In this document: piece after piece, positions 7,798 through 17,094 of the stretch | Layout: each line of letters opens with the position of its first letter | Numbering within the stretch: the stretch's first letter is position 1 | From: a virus | Taxonomy: Duplodnaviria > Caudoviricetes | Direction: 5' to 3' (one strand) | IMG/VR virus record: IMGVR_UViG_3300049893_001639 | Span: 1 to 30,538 of that record | Length of the DNA: 30,538 nucleotides | The notes under the pieces: generated by a model | Told to the model about the DNA's origin: nothing | What the model saw: the letters and a program-made list of their open reading frames with translations, nothing else | The model's database searches: none | Program-made: the position numbers and the translations under genes

Positions 7798-8464
7798 TTT
7801 TTGTAGCTATGATGCCGCAAAGTATGCGGTTGAACACTGGCACTATTCGCGGACAATGCCAGTAGGCAAGATGGTTAAGTTAGGAGTATGGGAGGAATCG
7901 GTATTTATTGGCGCAGTGATTTTTGGGCTCGGCGGCGGCAATGCGTGTAACGGCAAGCGTTATGGACTGGCGCGAAATTTTGAAATGGCAGAACTTGTGC
8001 GGATCGCACTACGTAAGCATAGGGCTCCGGTGAGTCGAATTATTGCTATAGCGTGCCGGTTGCTTCATCGGCAGTCACCCGGATTGCGTCTAATAATCTC
8101 ATATGCAGACCCGTCTCAGTCTCATCATGGTGGAGTTTATCAAGCTGCCGGCTGGATTTATACCGGACGCTCCAGCGCAAGTTGGAAGGCGGTATGGCCA
8201 GATGGGCGTCAGGCGCACGCTAGAATTGCATATGGTCACGTGCAATTTGGGATAAAGAAAACTGTAGACATTTCAAATGCTAAGAAAGTTTTAGTCCCCG
8301 GCAAGCACCGTTATTTGTACCCCTTGAATGACGAAATAAGGCAGCGAATCTTGCCGCTAGCCAAGCCATATCCCAAGCGCGCTGCAAGTGAAACCATCGA
8401 CACGCCGATCCACCAGATCGGAGAGGGCGGGGAAGCACCGACCGCAGCGCTCCAACCAATCTGA
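7781..8464 (+). CDS. mom: Mom-like DNA (adenine) modification protein, GNAT fold
   Basis: 'HWHYS', 'ELVRIAL', 'ISYADPSQSHHGGVYQAAGWIYTG', 'KHRYLYPL...PYPK'. Confidence 0.8.
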   Translation: MSLRLDFCSYDAAKYAVEHWHYSRTMPVGKMVKLGVWEESVFIGAVIFGLGGGNACNGKRYGLARNFEMAELVRIALRKHRAPVSRIIAIACRLLHRQSPGLRLIISYADPSQSHHGGVYQAAGWIYTGRSSASWKAVWPDGRQAHARIAYGHVQFGIKKTVDISNAKKVLVPGKHRYLYPLNDEIRQRILPLAKPYPKRAASETIDTPIHQIGEGGEAPTAALQPI

Positions 8465-8470
8465 TAAACA

Positions 8471-8989
8471 ATGAAAATTTCAACTAAGAACATTGATACC
8501 AAGTCTCCCCCCGGGCGAAAGCTATTCACTGGCCGTTGGCAAAAGGGCGAGAGCGGCAATCCTAAAGGCCGTCCCAAAAAGGAAGTCACTATCCGTAGTT
8601 GGCTCAAGGAGATGGAAGAAGAGTCCCCACCGATAAACCCGCAGACATTAGCTAAGCTCAAGGCGAGCGGACTGGATACCGACCATCCGACACGAGCCCA
8701 GTTGTTAGCCACTGTCATGTGGAATAGGGCACTCGGCGGGGATAGGGACGCCATGCGGATGGTGCTTGAATATACCGTAGGCAAGCCCGTGTCCTTGGCC
8801 GATATGCCGACTATTCAGATTGCCAATGTGGTATCGACAGGCGGCAATAATCAACAAGTTGAGAAGGCGGACCCTTATGTCCAGGTAGTCGGACTGGTGC
8901 GTAACCTTGTAACTGCGGGCATTATTCCGGCAGAAGTCTTATCTCGATTCGTCAAAGGCGCGGATGACATAGAGGTGGAACCGCAGTGA
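8471..8989 (+). CDS. terS: Terminase small subunit (DUF5681-type N-terminus)
   Basis: 'WQKGESGNPKGRPK', 'ALGGDRDAMR'; lies directly upstream of TerL. Confidence 0.7.
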   Translation: MKISTKNIDTKSPPGRKLFTGRWQKGESGNPKGRPKKEVTIRSWLKEMEEESPPINPQTLAKLKASGLDTDHPTRAQLLATVMWNRALGGDRDAMRMVLEYTVGKPVSLADMPTIQIANVVSTGGNNQQVEKADPYVQVVGLVRNLVTAGIIPAEVLSRFVKGADDIEVEPQ

Positions 8990-10536
8990 ACGCACCGGCC
9001 CTAAAATCGCAACCGATAGGGGTTGATGAAATAGACTGGGATGCCTTTGAGCATCATCTCCGTCAACGGTACAGCCCTAGTCGGGTCAAACGCGACCTTG
9101 TAGACAACCTAGTTCCGATCACACCGGGAGCAGATTCACCGCACGATTTTTTCTCTGGTCTTAACTGGATAGACGGGACCCCGCTACCTAAAGTTATTGA
9201 ACCCTATCGCATGCGGATTTTTAACGAGACACTATACAGCGTTGATGGTACGGGCCGGCAACGATACAACCTAGTGCTCTGCGGTAGGGCAAAAAAGAAT
9301 TGGAAATCTACCGACCTAGTGCTTGCGGCCATGTATAAGCTGTTAGCCTATGAATCGAAATGGGGCAATCAGGTTTATATTTTAGCTAATGACGGAGAGC
9401 AGGCGGGGGACGATCTTGAGATAGCGCGAAAGTTTATCGAGGTTAACCCGGATATCGCGGCTCAAGTAAGTGTTCTTAAACATAAGATACAAAGGGTTGA
9501 TGGCAAGGGTTTTATGGAAATCCTACCGGCCAAGGACGTTGCTGGAGCGCACGGAAAAACTTATTGCTTTTGCGGCTTTGACGAAATCCACGGCTATAAG
9601 AATTGGGATTTACTTGAAGCCATGCAGCTCGATCCGACTAGGCCCGACACGATGCAATGGCTCACGTCCTACGCAAGCATTCATCACAAGCCCGGAGTGC
9701 CACTTTTTGATTTGTTTGCCAAGGGGAAGAAGGCAGAAGATTCGCGGATGTTTTTTTCTTGGTATGCGGCAGACTATACCACCGACCCTACAGTGGAGAG
9801 TTTACCCGGAGAGCTAAAAGCTAACCCAAGTTGCGGACTGTGGTCGGATGCCGACTACTTAGAGCAACAGAAGCGCAGGCTCCCTGCCCACAAGTATCGG
9901 CGCCTGCATCTTAACCTCCCTGGCCTACCAGAGGGTGCTGCCTATAACGCCGATGTCATCATGAGCAGCATTGCTACGGGGACGAGTTTCAGAGCCTTCG
10001 ATCCCAATATCAAGTATCAGGCGTTTGTCGATATGTCCGGTGGCTCCAATGATGACGCTACTCTGGCTATTGCTCACAAGGATTATTCGGGTCGATCAAT
10101 CATTGACGTGTGTGTAAACCAGGGGCAGCCGCCACCATTCGACCCTCGCATGGCCGTTGAGCGGTTTGTCAGACTACTCAGGGAATATCAGTGCATGTCC
10201 GTAACAGGTGACAAGTTTGCCGGCGAGACATTTATTAACGACTTTGGTAGGCATGGTATCGGCTATCATGTTTCAGAACTCAGCAAGCACGAACTCTATG
10301 AGTCCTTTGAACCGTGGTTAAATAGCGATAAGGTTGTGTTGCTCGATAATTCCGAATGTGAAAGCCAGCTTCTTGGTCTTATGTGGCGGGGAAACAAGAT
10401 AGACCACAATCCAAGCGAACACGACGACTTCGCCAACTCGGTTGTCGGGGTGACGTATAGACTGCTTAACGGTAGTGGAGGTTTCCGCATTGGTGATATT
10501 CAATTGGTCGGCGAGCGGCTACAACTAGATTGGTGA
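8986..10536 (+). CDS. terL: Terminase large subunit
   Basis: Walker A-like 'GRAKKNWKST', Walker B 'CGFDEIH', RNase H-like nuclease 'FVDMSGG..DD', 'GDKFA', 'HDDFANS'. Confidence 0.9.
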   Translation: MNAPALKSQPIGVDEIDWDAFEHHLRQRYSPSRVKRDLVDNLVPITPGADSPHDFFSGLNWIDGTPLPKVIEPYRMRIFNETLYSVDGTGRQRYNLVLCGRAKKNWKSTDLVLAAMYKLLAYESKWGNQVYILANDGEQAGDDLEIARKFIEVNPDIAAQVSVLKHKIQRVDGKGFMEILPAKDVAGAHGKTYCFCGFDEIHGYKNWDLLEAMQLDPTRPDTMQWLTSYASIHHKPGVPLFDLFAKGKKAEDSRMFFSWYAADYTTDPTVESLPGELKANPSCGLWSDADYLEQQKRRLPAHKYRRLHLNLPGLPEGAAYNADVIMSSIATGTSFRAFDPNIKYQAFVDMSGGSNDDATLAIAHKDYSGRSIIDVCVNQGQPPPFDPRMAVERFVRLLREYQCMSVTGDKFAGETFINDFGRHGIGYHVSELSKHELYESFEPWLNSDKVVLLDNSECESQLLGLMWRGNKIDHNPSEHDDFANSVVGVTYRLLNGSGGFRIGDIQLVGERLQLDW

Positions 10537-10548
10537 GCGGATTTTATT

Positions 10549-10782
10549 ATGAATCCGAGTGTTCCATGCCCGTCATGCGAAGTGGAATTAAGCTTTCAAG
10601 TATCCGGGGATGCAAAGCGCATGACTGATTTTGTGCGCGGTCGTACTGCTGGTAAATCGGCCACATTTGGGCCGCTGTGCTGTTCGGATTGCGGCAGCGA
10701 TTATTTAATTATACTGACCAACGATGAAAGTTCTGGTGTGATTCATGCGACGGCGAATAAAATAGTTGGAGTGTATGCCTAA
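10549..10782 (+). CDS. Small Zn-ribbon protein
   Basis: CPSC...CSDC. Confidence 0.6.
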   Translation: MNPSVPCPSCEVELSFQVSGDAKRMTDFVRGRTAGKSATFGPLCCSDCGSDYLIILTNDESSGVIHATANKIVGVYA

Positions 10783-10809
10783 TTTTGGGAACGAGAAGCG
10801 GAGGTAATC

Positions 10810-10992
10810 ATGCCTGCATATTGTCCCAGTTGTGGCCTACCCTTAGTGCCGGTGGATTCGGGCACGGAGCTGGTGCCGACGTGTAATAACTGCAACAAGC
10901 GGTATTACGAGGGCGGCCTGGGCTGGGTTAAGAAGATGGTAGCTCAGGTAGAAACCAAGGTGGTGAGGGCCGAGAAAGAGGACGAGCCGTGA
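10810..10992 (+). CDS. Small Zn-ribbon protein
   Basis: GGAGG SD; CPSC...CNNC. Confidence 0.7.
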   Translation: MPAYCPSCGLPLVPVDSGTELVPTCNNCNKRYYEGGLGWVKKMVAQVETKVVRAEKEDEP

Positions 10993-11213
10993 AGACGTCG
11001 TTGATCAAGTTGGCCAGCGGGCTGATGTTGAAGGCGGCGGTTTGCCCTATATGCGGCGGGCGTATTTATCCTATCAAGGCGTTGAAGGCCCACCGCGAGC
11101 GCCACATTCAGAACTCCCTGCTCTTAAAGTGGATCAACCGCGAGGCCCCTCATTGGCCCAAGCGGCGGTTTCGTCACACTTGGGATTGGTCTTGTACGGG
11201 AGGTGAGCTATGA
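10989..11213 (+). CDS. Small C2H2-like zinc-finger protein
   Basis: CPIC-x12-H-x3-H; GTGA/ATGA overlaps at both ends. Confidence 0.6.
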   Translation: MKTSLIKLASGLMLKAAVCPICGGRIYPIKALKAHRERHIQNSLLLKWINREAPHWPKRRFRHTWDWSCTGGEL

Positions 11214-11527
11214 GGCGGGCTGTGTTGATATTGCTGGCGGGCTTAGCGCTGTTGGGCTGGTCAGTCGCTGACATCAACGCTGCGCAGGCCAAGCGAGGCA
11301 TTGAGTTGCGGTGGCAGGACAACAGCAATAACGAGGCGCAGTTCAACGTGTGGCGCATAGCCAGCAACAGCTCCTGGTGGTACCTGATCGGCAGGGTAGG
11401 GCCTAACGTGACGGTGTATCGTGACACGACGACGCGCAAGGGCCGCTTTTACTGCTACACGGTCACGGCGGCGAACGCCTCGGGAGAGAGTGCCGCTAGC
11501 AACGAGAGCTGCGATTATGGGCCATGA
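11210..11527 (+). CDS. Secreted single fibronectin type III domain protein
   Basis: Signal peptide; 'LRWQDNSNNEAQFNVWR', 'YRD', 'YCYTVTAANASGESAASN'. Confidence 0.8.
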   Translation: MRRAVLILLAGLALLGWSVADINAAQAKRGIELRWQDNSNNEAQFNVWRIASNSSWWYLIGRVGPNVTVYRDTTTRKGRFYCYTVTAANASGESAASNESCDYGP

Positions 11528-11627
11528 GGCATTAGAGTGGCTGGCGGCGTTATTTGTGGTAGCGTTAGCGGTCTTGGTAGCTGTATTGATATTGGCGTTT
11601 GTTTATTATGAAAGGGGGGCGGTATGA
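11517..11627 (+). CDS. Tiny single-TM protein
   Basis: MGHEALEWLAALFVVALAVLVAVLILAFVYY; overlaps both neighbours. Confidence 0.45.
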   Translation: MGHEALEWLAALFVVALAVLVAVLILAFVYYERGAV

Positions 11628-12208
11628 AACGATTACTATTGGCGGTGATGATGGTGTTGTGCGCAACGGTGGCGCAGGCGCAGACTGAGCAGCTGAGGCT
11701 GAACTGGACCGATAACGCTAGCAACGAGGACGGTACCAAGATAGAGCGCGGCTCTACCTCGTCAGGACCATTCTCGCAGATTTTTCTGCTGCAGGGGGCC
11801 AACCTGGTGACCTTCACGGATAATAATTTAGCTCCTGCCACGTCGTTTTGCTACCGGGTGAGGGCTTTCAACGCGGGGGGCGACTCGCCGTACTCTAACG
11901 TGGCCTGTGCGGTGACGCCCGCTACCATGACGGTAACGGTGAACGGGGCAGGCACGGTAACGTCCAGCCCCGTAGGTATTAGCTGCCCTGGCACCTGTAG
12001 CGTTAAGTTTGACGGCAAGTCGACGGTGATGTTGACGGCGGCGGCCGCCGTGGGGTCTACGTTTACGGGATGGGCTGGGGGGTGTACAGGGGCCGCTGCT
12101 ACCTGTAGCGTGACGATGGATGGCGTGAAGTCGGTAACGGCTACGTTCACGGCCATAGCGGTGCCCGCTGCGCCAAGCAACTTGACCACTACGCCCATCA
12201 GCCAATGA
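11624..12208 (+). CDS. Secreted FN3 plus InlB-B-repeat-like (divergent bacterial repeat) protein
   Basis: Signal peptide; 'LNWTDNASNEDG...YRVRAFNAGGDSPYSN'; 'GAGTVTSSPVGISC...FTGWAGGC...VTATF'. Confidence 0.85.
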   Translation: MKRLLLAVMMVLCATVAQAQTEQLRLNWTDNASNEDGTKIERGSTSSGPFSQIFLLQGANLVTFTDNNLAPATSFCYRVRAFNAGGDSPYSNVACAVTPATMTVTVNGAGTVTSSPVGISCPGTCSVKFDGKSTVMLTAAAAVGSTFTGWAGGCTGAAATCSVTMDGVKSVTATFTAIAVPAAPSNLTTTPISQ

Positions 12209-13578
12209 TTAGCTCGCGACAACTCAAGCTCAAGCGTCTCTTGAAGCTCAAGCATCTCTTTGACGAGACGGTGTTTGTCTGGTGGCTACTGCTGCTGATG
12301 TTGGTCGGCGCGTTGTTGGCGATTGTTTTGGCGCTGTCTATAGTCGAGGCGGCTCAAGCTAAAAAGGTCAGAATCAGGGGCAAGGCCGAGGTGATTCACA
12401 TAGATCGGTTGGGGAACCAGAGCGAGTTCCGCTACTTCGTACACGATCAGGGCAAGCGGCGTGAATTGAAGTTTAAGAAAGAGCCCAATTTCAAGACCGA
12501 CGACGAGATAGATGTTGAGGGCGAGGAAAACGCCGACGGTAGCGTCAACGTGGAGACGGCCTTTTTAACTAGCGTGTTACCTAATGTTCTTGGCGAGCAA
12601 CGGACCATCGTCATCATGGTTAATTTTACCGACAACACCGGGCAGCCGCTCACCGCAGCAGGTATCAAGACCGTGTTTGGGCGCGTTAGCCAGTTTAAGC
12701 GCGAGAACTCATTCAACCAGACTTGGTTGGCCAGCGGGGTTGGCGTGGCCGATACGGTGGACGTGTTTGGCTGGTTTACCTTGAGCTTGGCTGCGGCGGC
12801 TTGCTCTAATAATTATTTCGCGATGGCGGAAGAGGCCGACAAGCTAGCCGCGACGGCCGGGGCGGTGTTAAGCCAGTACCGGCGCAAGGTGTATGTGTTT
12901 CCTACTTCTAGCTGTGGTTATTCGGGCATGGGAACGGTGGGAGGTTCTCCCTCAAGGGCCTGGCTGAACGGTAGCGGCGGTGCTGATTTTGGCACTACCA
13001 GTCACGAGCTGGGTCATAACCTTGGGTTGTTTCACTCGCGGTCTTTATGCTCGCCTAACTGTTCTTCCTCTGAGTACGGGGACGTTTATGACGTGATGGG
13101 CAACTCTAACGGCGGCGGCCACTTTAATCCGTACCAAAAAGAGCGGTTGGGGTGGTTGGACTACGGCCAAAACCCGCCCATCACTATGGTAACTGCTGAC
13201 GGGCGTTACCGAGTGGGTAATTACGAGAGCAACGTCAACGAACCTAAGGCGCTTAAGATATTCAAGGACGTCAGCCCCGTGAGCGGCTTAAGGCGCTTTT
13301 TTTATATCCATAAGCTCAGCTCGTCTCAGTTTTACTCCGGCATCGGAAACGCCGTGGTGGTCCACGTGGGGGAGGAAAATTCGGCGAGGGAGATCTACCT
13401 GTGGGACCTGGATCAGCAGAGCACCAATACCGATTGGGTGCTGAACGTGGGGCAGACGTACAGCGAGAGCGGTGCGAGCTTCACGTTGGTTAACCAGCAG
13501 GCTGATTTTATCGAGGTCGACGTGTCGTTGAGCGGAATGGCTGTTCCGCCTGCGCCGACCAGCTTAGTGGTGCGGTGA
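12205..13578 (+). CDS. Membrane-anchored/secreted metzincin metalloprotease (M11 gametolysin-like)
   Basis: N-terminal TM; 'HELGHNLGLFH' (HExxHxxGxxH); Met-turn 'EYGDVYDVMG'; 'KERLGWL'. Confidence 0.85.
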   Translation: MISSRQLKLKRLLKLKHLFDETVFVWWLLLLMLVGALLAIVLALSIVEAAQAKKVRIRGKAEVIHIDRLGNQSEFRYFVHDQGKRRELKFKKEPNFKTDDEIDVEGEENADGSVNVETAFLTSVLPNVLGEQRTIVIMVNFTDNTGQPLTAAGIKTVFGRVSQFKRENSFNQTWLASGVGVADTVDVFGWFTLSLAAAACSNNYFAMAEEADKLAATAGAVLSQYRRKVYVFPTSSCGYSGMGTVGGSPSRAWLNGSGGADFGTTSHELGHNLGLFHSRSLCSPNCSSSEYGDVYDVMGNSNGGGHFNPYQKERLGWLDYGQNPPITMVTADGRYRVGNYESNVNEPKALKIFKDVSPVSGLRRFFYIHKLSSSQFYSGIGNAVVVHVGEENSAREIYLWDLDQQSTNTDWVLNVGQTYSESGASFTLVNQQADFIEVDVSLSGMAVPPAPTSLVVR

Positions 13579-13581
13579 GTT

Positions 13582-13851
13582 ATGGGCTTTATAGGGCCAA
13601 AGAGCAGGCTTCACTTATCGCCTAAGCAGCTGAGGGAGCTGTGGCAGCTAAAGCATACCTTGTCGTTGGTTAGCTTAGAGGATAGCGAGATGACGGTAGA
13701 AAAATTGACGCGATGGGTAGCTATCGTCAAGGTGACCACTGAGAAGCTGCAAGCGATATTGTACGATATCCCCAACAGCTCCAAGTACAACCCTTACAGG
13801 GAAGATTGCGTGGTGGTGGGTGATAACGAGGACATAGGGGCGTTGAAATGA
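13582..13851 (+). CDS. Hypothetical protein
   Basis: Packed ORF with ATGA coupling to the next gene. Confidence 0.6.
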   Translation: MGFIGPKSRLHLSPKQLRELWQLKHTLSLVSLEDSEMTVEKLTRWVAIVKVTTEKLQAILYDIPNSSKYNPYREDCVVVGDNEDIGALK

Positions 13852-14207
13852 GTGGTATACTGATGGCGCCAAAAGCCAAGTTAGAGATCGCCGAGCAGGT
13901 ACAGGAGCAGGTGAGGCGGTTTAAGCAAAAACAGCAGAAATATGCTTCCGCCGTGTCTACGACTACTCCTCAAGAGCGGGCCGAGGCCTTTGTGCGGGCT
14001 TGGCAGACGTCGGCCTCGGTAGACGAGGTTAGTAGGAAGCTCCAACTCAAGTTGCAATCTTGCAGGACCACGGCGGGTAAGCTCCGTCGCAGGGGCGTCA
14101 AGCTGAAGAAGATGCCAATCATCCCTGAGTGGGACGTGGCGGCGCTGAATAGGATAATCGATGACCTGGAGTGCGACCAGGTCAGGAAAGAGATTGAAGC
14201 AGGCTAA
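13848..14207 (+). CDS. Putative helix-turn-helix protein
   Basis: 'FVRAWQTSASVDEVSRKLQL...AGKLRRRGVKLKKM'. Confidence 0.55.
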   Translation: MSGILMAPKAKLEIAEQVQEQVRRFKQKQQKYASAVSTTTPQERAEAFVRAWQTSASVDEVSRKLQLKLQSCRTTAGKLRRRGVKLKKMPIIPEWDVAALNRIIDDLECDQVRKEIEAG

Positions 14208-14213
14208 AGATTT

Positions 14214-17090
14214 ATGCCTATTATAGAACACTTATTGAGACTCGCTGGGTACGCTAAGACGCCCTCAGCCAACAGGCAGGTGGCAGTTGCCGATCCAGGT
14301 AAGAGCCAAGAGCCGCCTACTATAAGTTCGGCGGGTAGCTTTTTTGGCTTCTACGGCAGGCCACATCTCGGCTCGGCTTTTTTACCCACCCCGTATAATC
14401 CTGATACGCTTGTTCAGCGTAAGGGGCTGAAGACCTACCGCACCATGCTCACCGACGAGCAGGTGAAGGCGGCGCTATTGGCCAAGAAGTACGCCGTGCT
14501 CAGTAACGGGTACGAGATACAGCTGGCGCAGCTGCCCGAGAGCAAGACGCAGCCGGGGCAGCCGCCAGCTAAGCCCGGCGAGAAGAAGCCGCCGTTTGGC
14601 CAACCGTTATCTGAAGAAAGCGAAGAGGCAAACGGCGAGGAGGCTGGCAACGAGGATGAGTTGTTCTCCCGTCGTTATCTGTCCCCTGGTCAAAACGGCA
14701 ATGGTAATAAGGTGAGTAATGGGCGTGACCTCGGAGGCAACGGCTTTAACGCCGAGCCGCCGTTCAACGGGGCAAGCGGCGAGGGCGAGCAGTTTCTAGG
14801 GGGCAACGGAGCAGAGGAGCCGGTTGAGGAAGAGGAGGAGCCGCGTGATCCCTTGTTGGAGGCCGCCGAGGAGCACAAGGAATTTATCGAGTTCGTGTTT
14901 GAGGAGATGAAGGGCAGCTTTAACAGCAAGCTGTTGAACATCATGTCGGCGGTGGAGTTCGGCTACTCAGTCAGCGAGAAGGTTCTGCAGAAGATCGACT
15001 TTGGGGACTTTGAGGGCAAGTGGGGGCTGCAGGACATCTTGACGCGCCCGCCCGAGGACATCGAGTTTCAAATAGACGCCTACGGGCGATTAACTCCCAA
15101 TGGCGTGATGCAGTTTGGCGATTACCTACCGGCTGACAAGTTTGTTATTTACTCCCATGCGCAGCAGTTTGGTAACCTATATGGCAACAGCGACTTGCGA
15201 GCGGCTTATAGATGCTACAGCGATGATACTGAAATTTTAACCGAATATGGCTGGAAGATGTTGTCTGCGGTGACGATAGAAGATCGAGTTGCGACACTGA
15301 ATCCGAAAACCGACACGCTAGAATATCAATATCCCAGCAAGCTGTATGCATATAGACATCAAGGCAAGATGTTTCATCAGGGCGGTCGATTTATCGATTT
15401 TTTAGTTACGCCCAATCATGAAATGTGGGCTAAGGGAGAAAATGAATCGAAATTCAGAACAATTCCGGTTCAAGATCTGCCGAGGCATGCCAACTATAAA
15501 CGCAATGCTAGATGGATTGGCGTAGAACCGTCAACGTTCGATTTGCCTGATTTTTTCGTTGACCAGATTGTAGCTAATCAATTTGGCCGATATAGAGAAC
15601 GTAGAAATTATCAATCGATGCGTCATATTCCGATAGAATCGTGGCTGAGTTTCTTTGGAGTATGGTTAGCAGAGGGCCATACTTGGCAACGTAAGGATGG
15701 TAACAAGCAGCGCATCGTGGGTATTACGCAAAATCCCGGTCCCAAATTAGAGTTGATAAAGAAGTGGGTAACCGACTGTGGCTTTGCCTACTACGAACAC
15801 AAAGGAACAGAGACTCATAAAGCCAGTATTATTGAGATATGCAATGTTCAACTATTCGAGTATTTAAAGAGGTTTGGCGGTTCTTATGATAAGTTTATCC
15901 CGCATGAACTTAAGCAGCTATCACCGCGATTGCTACGCATACTTTACGATGCATTGATGCTTGGAGACGGTAGGCACAATAGGGAATATTGTACAGTGTC
16001 ACGTCGGCTCGCTGATGATGTGGCCGAAATTATTTTCAAGATGGGATATGCTGCTACAATTAGTGTCGAAAAATTAAAACGATTCGGCCCCATCTTTGTA
16101 ATAGGCAGAAATGAGCGCCGAATTGGCAATACGCGAGTCAATGAACATATAGATAGACGAGAATGGATTGATTATGACGGGATGGTTTATTGCTTAGAAG
16201 TGCCCAATCATATTGTCTATGTCCGTCGAGATGGAAAAGCGGCGTGGTCGAGGAATAGCTATTGGGCCAAGGATAACATGCTGAAGCTGATGGCGGTGTC
16301 GCTAGAGCGCTATGCCGAGCCGATAGCCGTGGCCACGTACAAGGGCCTGTTGGACGGCGACCAGCGCGACGATTTGCAAGGCTTTTTGAAGAACCTGCAG
16401 AGCCGGTCGGGCATCATCTTGCCTGAGTCGGTTGTGTTGGATTTTAAGTCCCCGCCGCCCAGGGCCGCTGAGGCGTTCATCCCGGCCATTAACCTGTATG
16501 ACCAGCACATCCGCATGGCCATCCTGATGCCAGGTCTGATCGGGCTGAGCGGTGAGCAGACCACTGGTAGCTTTGCGCGGGCCGTCAAGGAGTTTGACGT
16601 CTTCTTGTGGATACTTGGCCATCTGCGCAAGGACATAGAGACCGTCGTCAACGAGCAGATCATTAAGCCGCTGATCGATATGAACTACGAGGTCGAGCAT
16701 GGGCAATACCCCAAGTTCAAGTTCAAGGAGATCACCGAGGAGGCGCGGCGAGCGCAGTTCGAGTTGTTTATAACGGGCTTAGGCAGCGGGGCCTTGACCA
16801 AGGGGCCAGAGGATGAGGACAAGCTGCGAGAGCTGATAGGGTTTGAGCCGCTGCCGGAGGACTTTGAGCCACCAGAGCAGCCTAGTCCGTTCGGTAACCT
16901 GCCCTTTGGCGGGCCTCAGCCTCCTGAGCAGCAGCCGCCGCAGTTTGGCGGGCCGCCTAACGGCAATGGTAACGGCGGGTGGCCGCCAGCTGAGGAGGAG
17001 CCTGTTGACGAAGACGAGTTCCAGTTCAGCGCTGATCAAGAGGCGCGGCTGGTGGAGTTCGTGAACAAGATGAGGAGTAAGACGGTATAG
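14214..17090 (+). CDS. Portal protein (DUF935/Mu gp29-like), intein-containing
   Basis: 'YRTMLTDEQVKAAL', 'AVEFGYSVSEKV', 'GNLYGNSDLRAAY', 'ERYAEP', 'VNEQIIKPLIDMN'; position after TerL. Confidence 0.9.
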   Translation: MPIIEHLLRLAGYAKTPSANRQVAVADPGKSQEPPTISSAGSFFGFYGRPHLGSAFLPTPYNPDTLVQRKGLKTYRTMLTDEQVKAALLAKKYAVLSNGYEIQLAQLPESKTQPGQPPAKPGEKKPPFGQPLSEESEEANGEEAGNEDELFSRRYLSPGQNGNGNKVSNGRDLGGNGFNAEPPFNGASGEGEQFLGGNGAEEPVEEEEEPRDPLLEAAEEHKEFIEFVFEEMKGSFNSKLLNIMSAVEFGYSVSEKVLQKIDFGDFEGKWGLQDILTRPPEDIEFQIDAYGRLTPNGVMQFGDYLPADKFVIYSHAQQFGNLYGNSDLRAAYRCYSDDTEILTEYGWKMLSAVTIEDRVATLNPKTDTLEYQYPSKLYAYRHQGKMFHQGGRFIDFLVTPNHEMWAKGENESKFRTIPVQDLPRHANYKRNARWIGVEPSTFDLPDFFVDQIVANQFGRYRERRNYQSMRHIPIESWLSFFGVWLAEGHTWQRKDGNKQRIVGITQNPGPKLELIKKWVTDCGFAYYEHKGTETHKASIIEICNVQLFEYLKRFGGSYDKFIPHELKQLSPRLLRILYDALMLGDGRHNREYCTVSRRLADDVAEIIFKMGYAATISVEKLKRFGPIFVIGRNERRIGNTRVNEHIDRREWIDYDGMVYCLEVPNHIVYVRRDGKAAWSRNSYWAKDNMLKLMAVSLERYAEPIAVATYKGLLDGDQRDDLQGFLKNLQSRSGIILPESVVLDFKSPPPRAAEAFIPAINLYDQHIRMAILMPGLIGLSGEQTTGSFARAVKEFDVFLWILGHLRKDIETVVNEQIIKPLIDMNYEVEHGQYPKFKFKEITEEARRAQFELFITGLGSGALTKGPEDEDKLRELIGFEPLPEDFEPPEQPSPFGNLPFGGPQPPEQQPPQFGGPPNGNGNGGWPPAEEEPVDEDEFQFSADQEARLVEFVNKMRSKTV
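15213..16256 (+). mobile_element. Intein with LAGLIDADG homing endonuclease in the portal (348 aa)
   Basis: Block A 'CYSDDTEILTEYGW', block B 'VTPNH', 'FFGVWLAEG' and 'DALMLGDG', block F 'VYCLEVPNH', end 'WSRN|S'; visibly AT-richer than the flanks. Confidence 0.93.
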
Positions 17091-17094
17091 GCCA

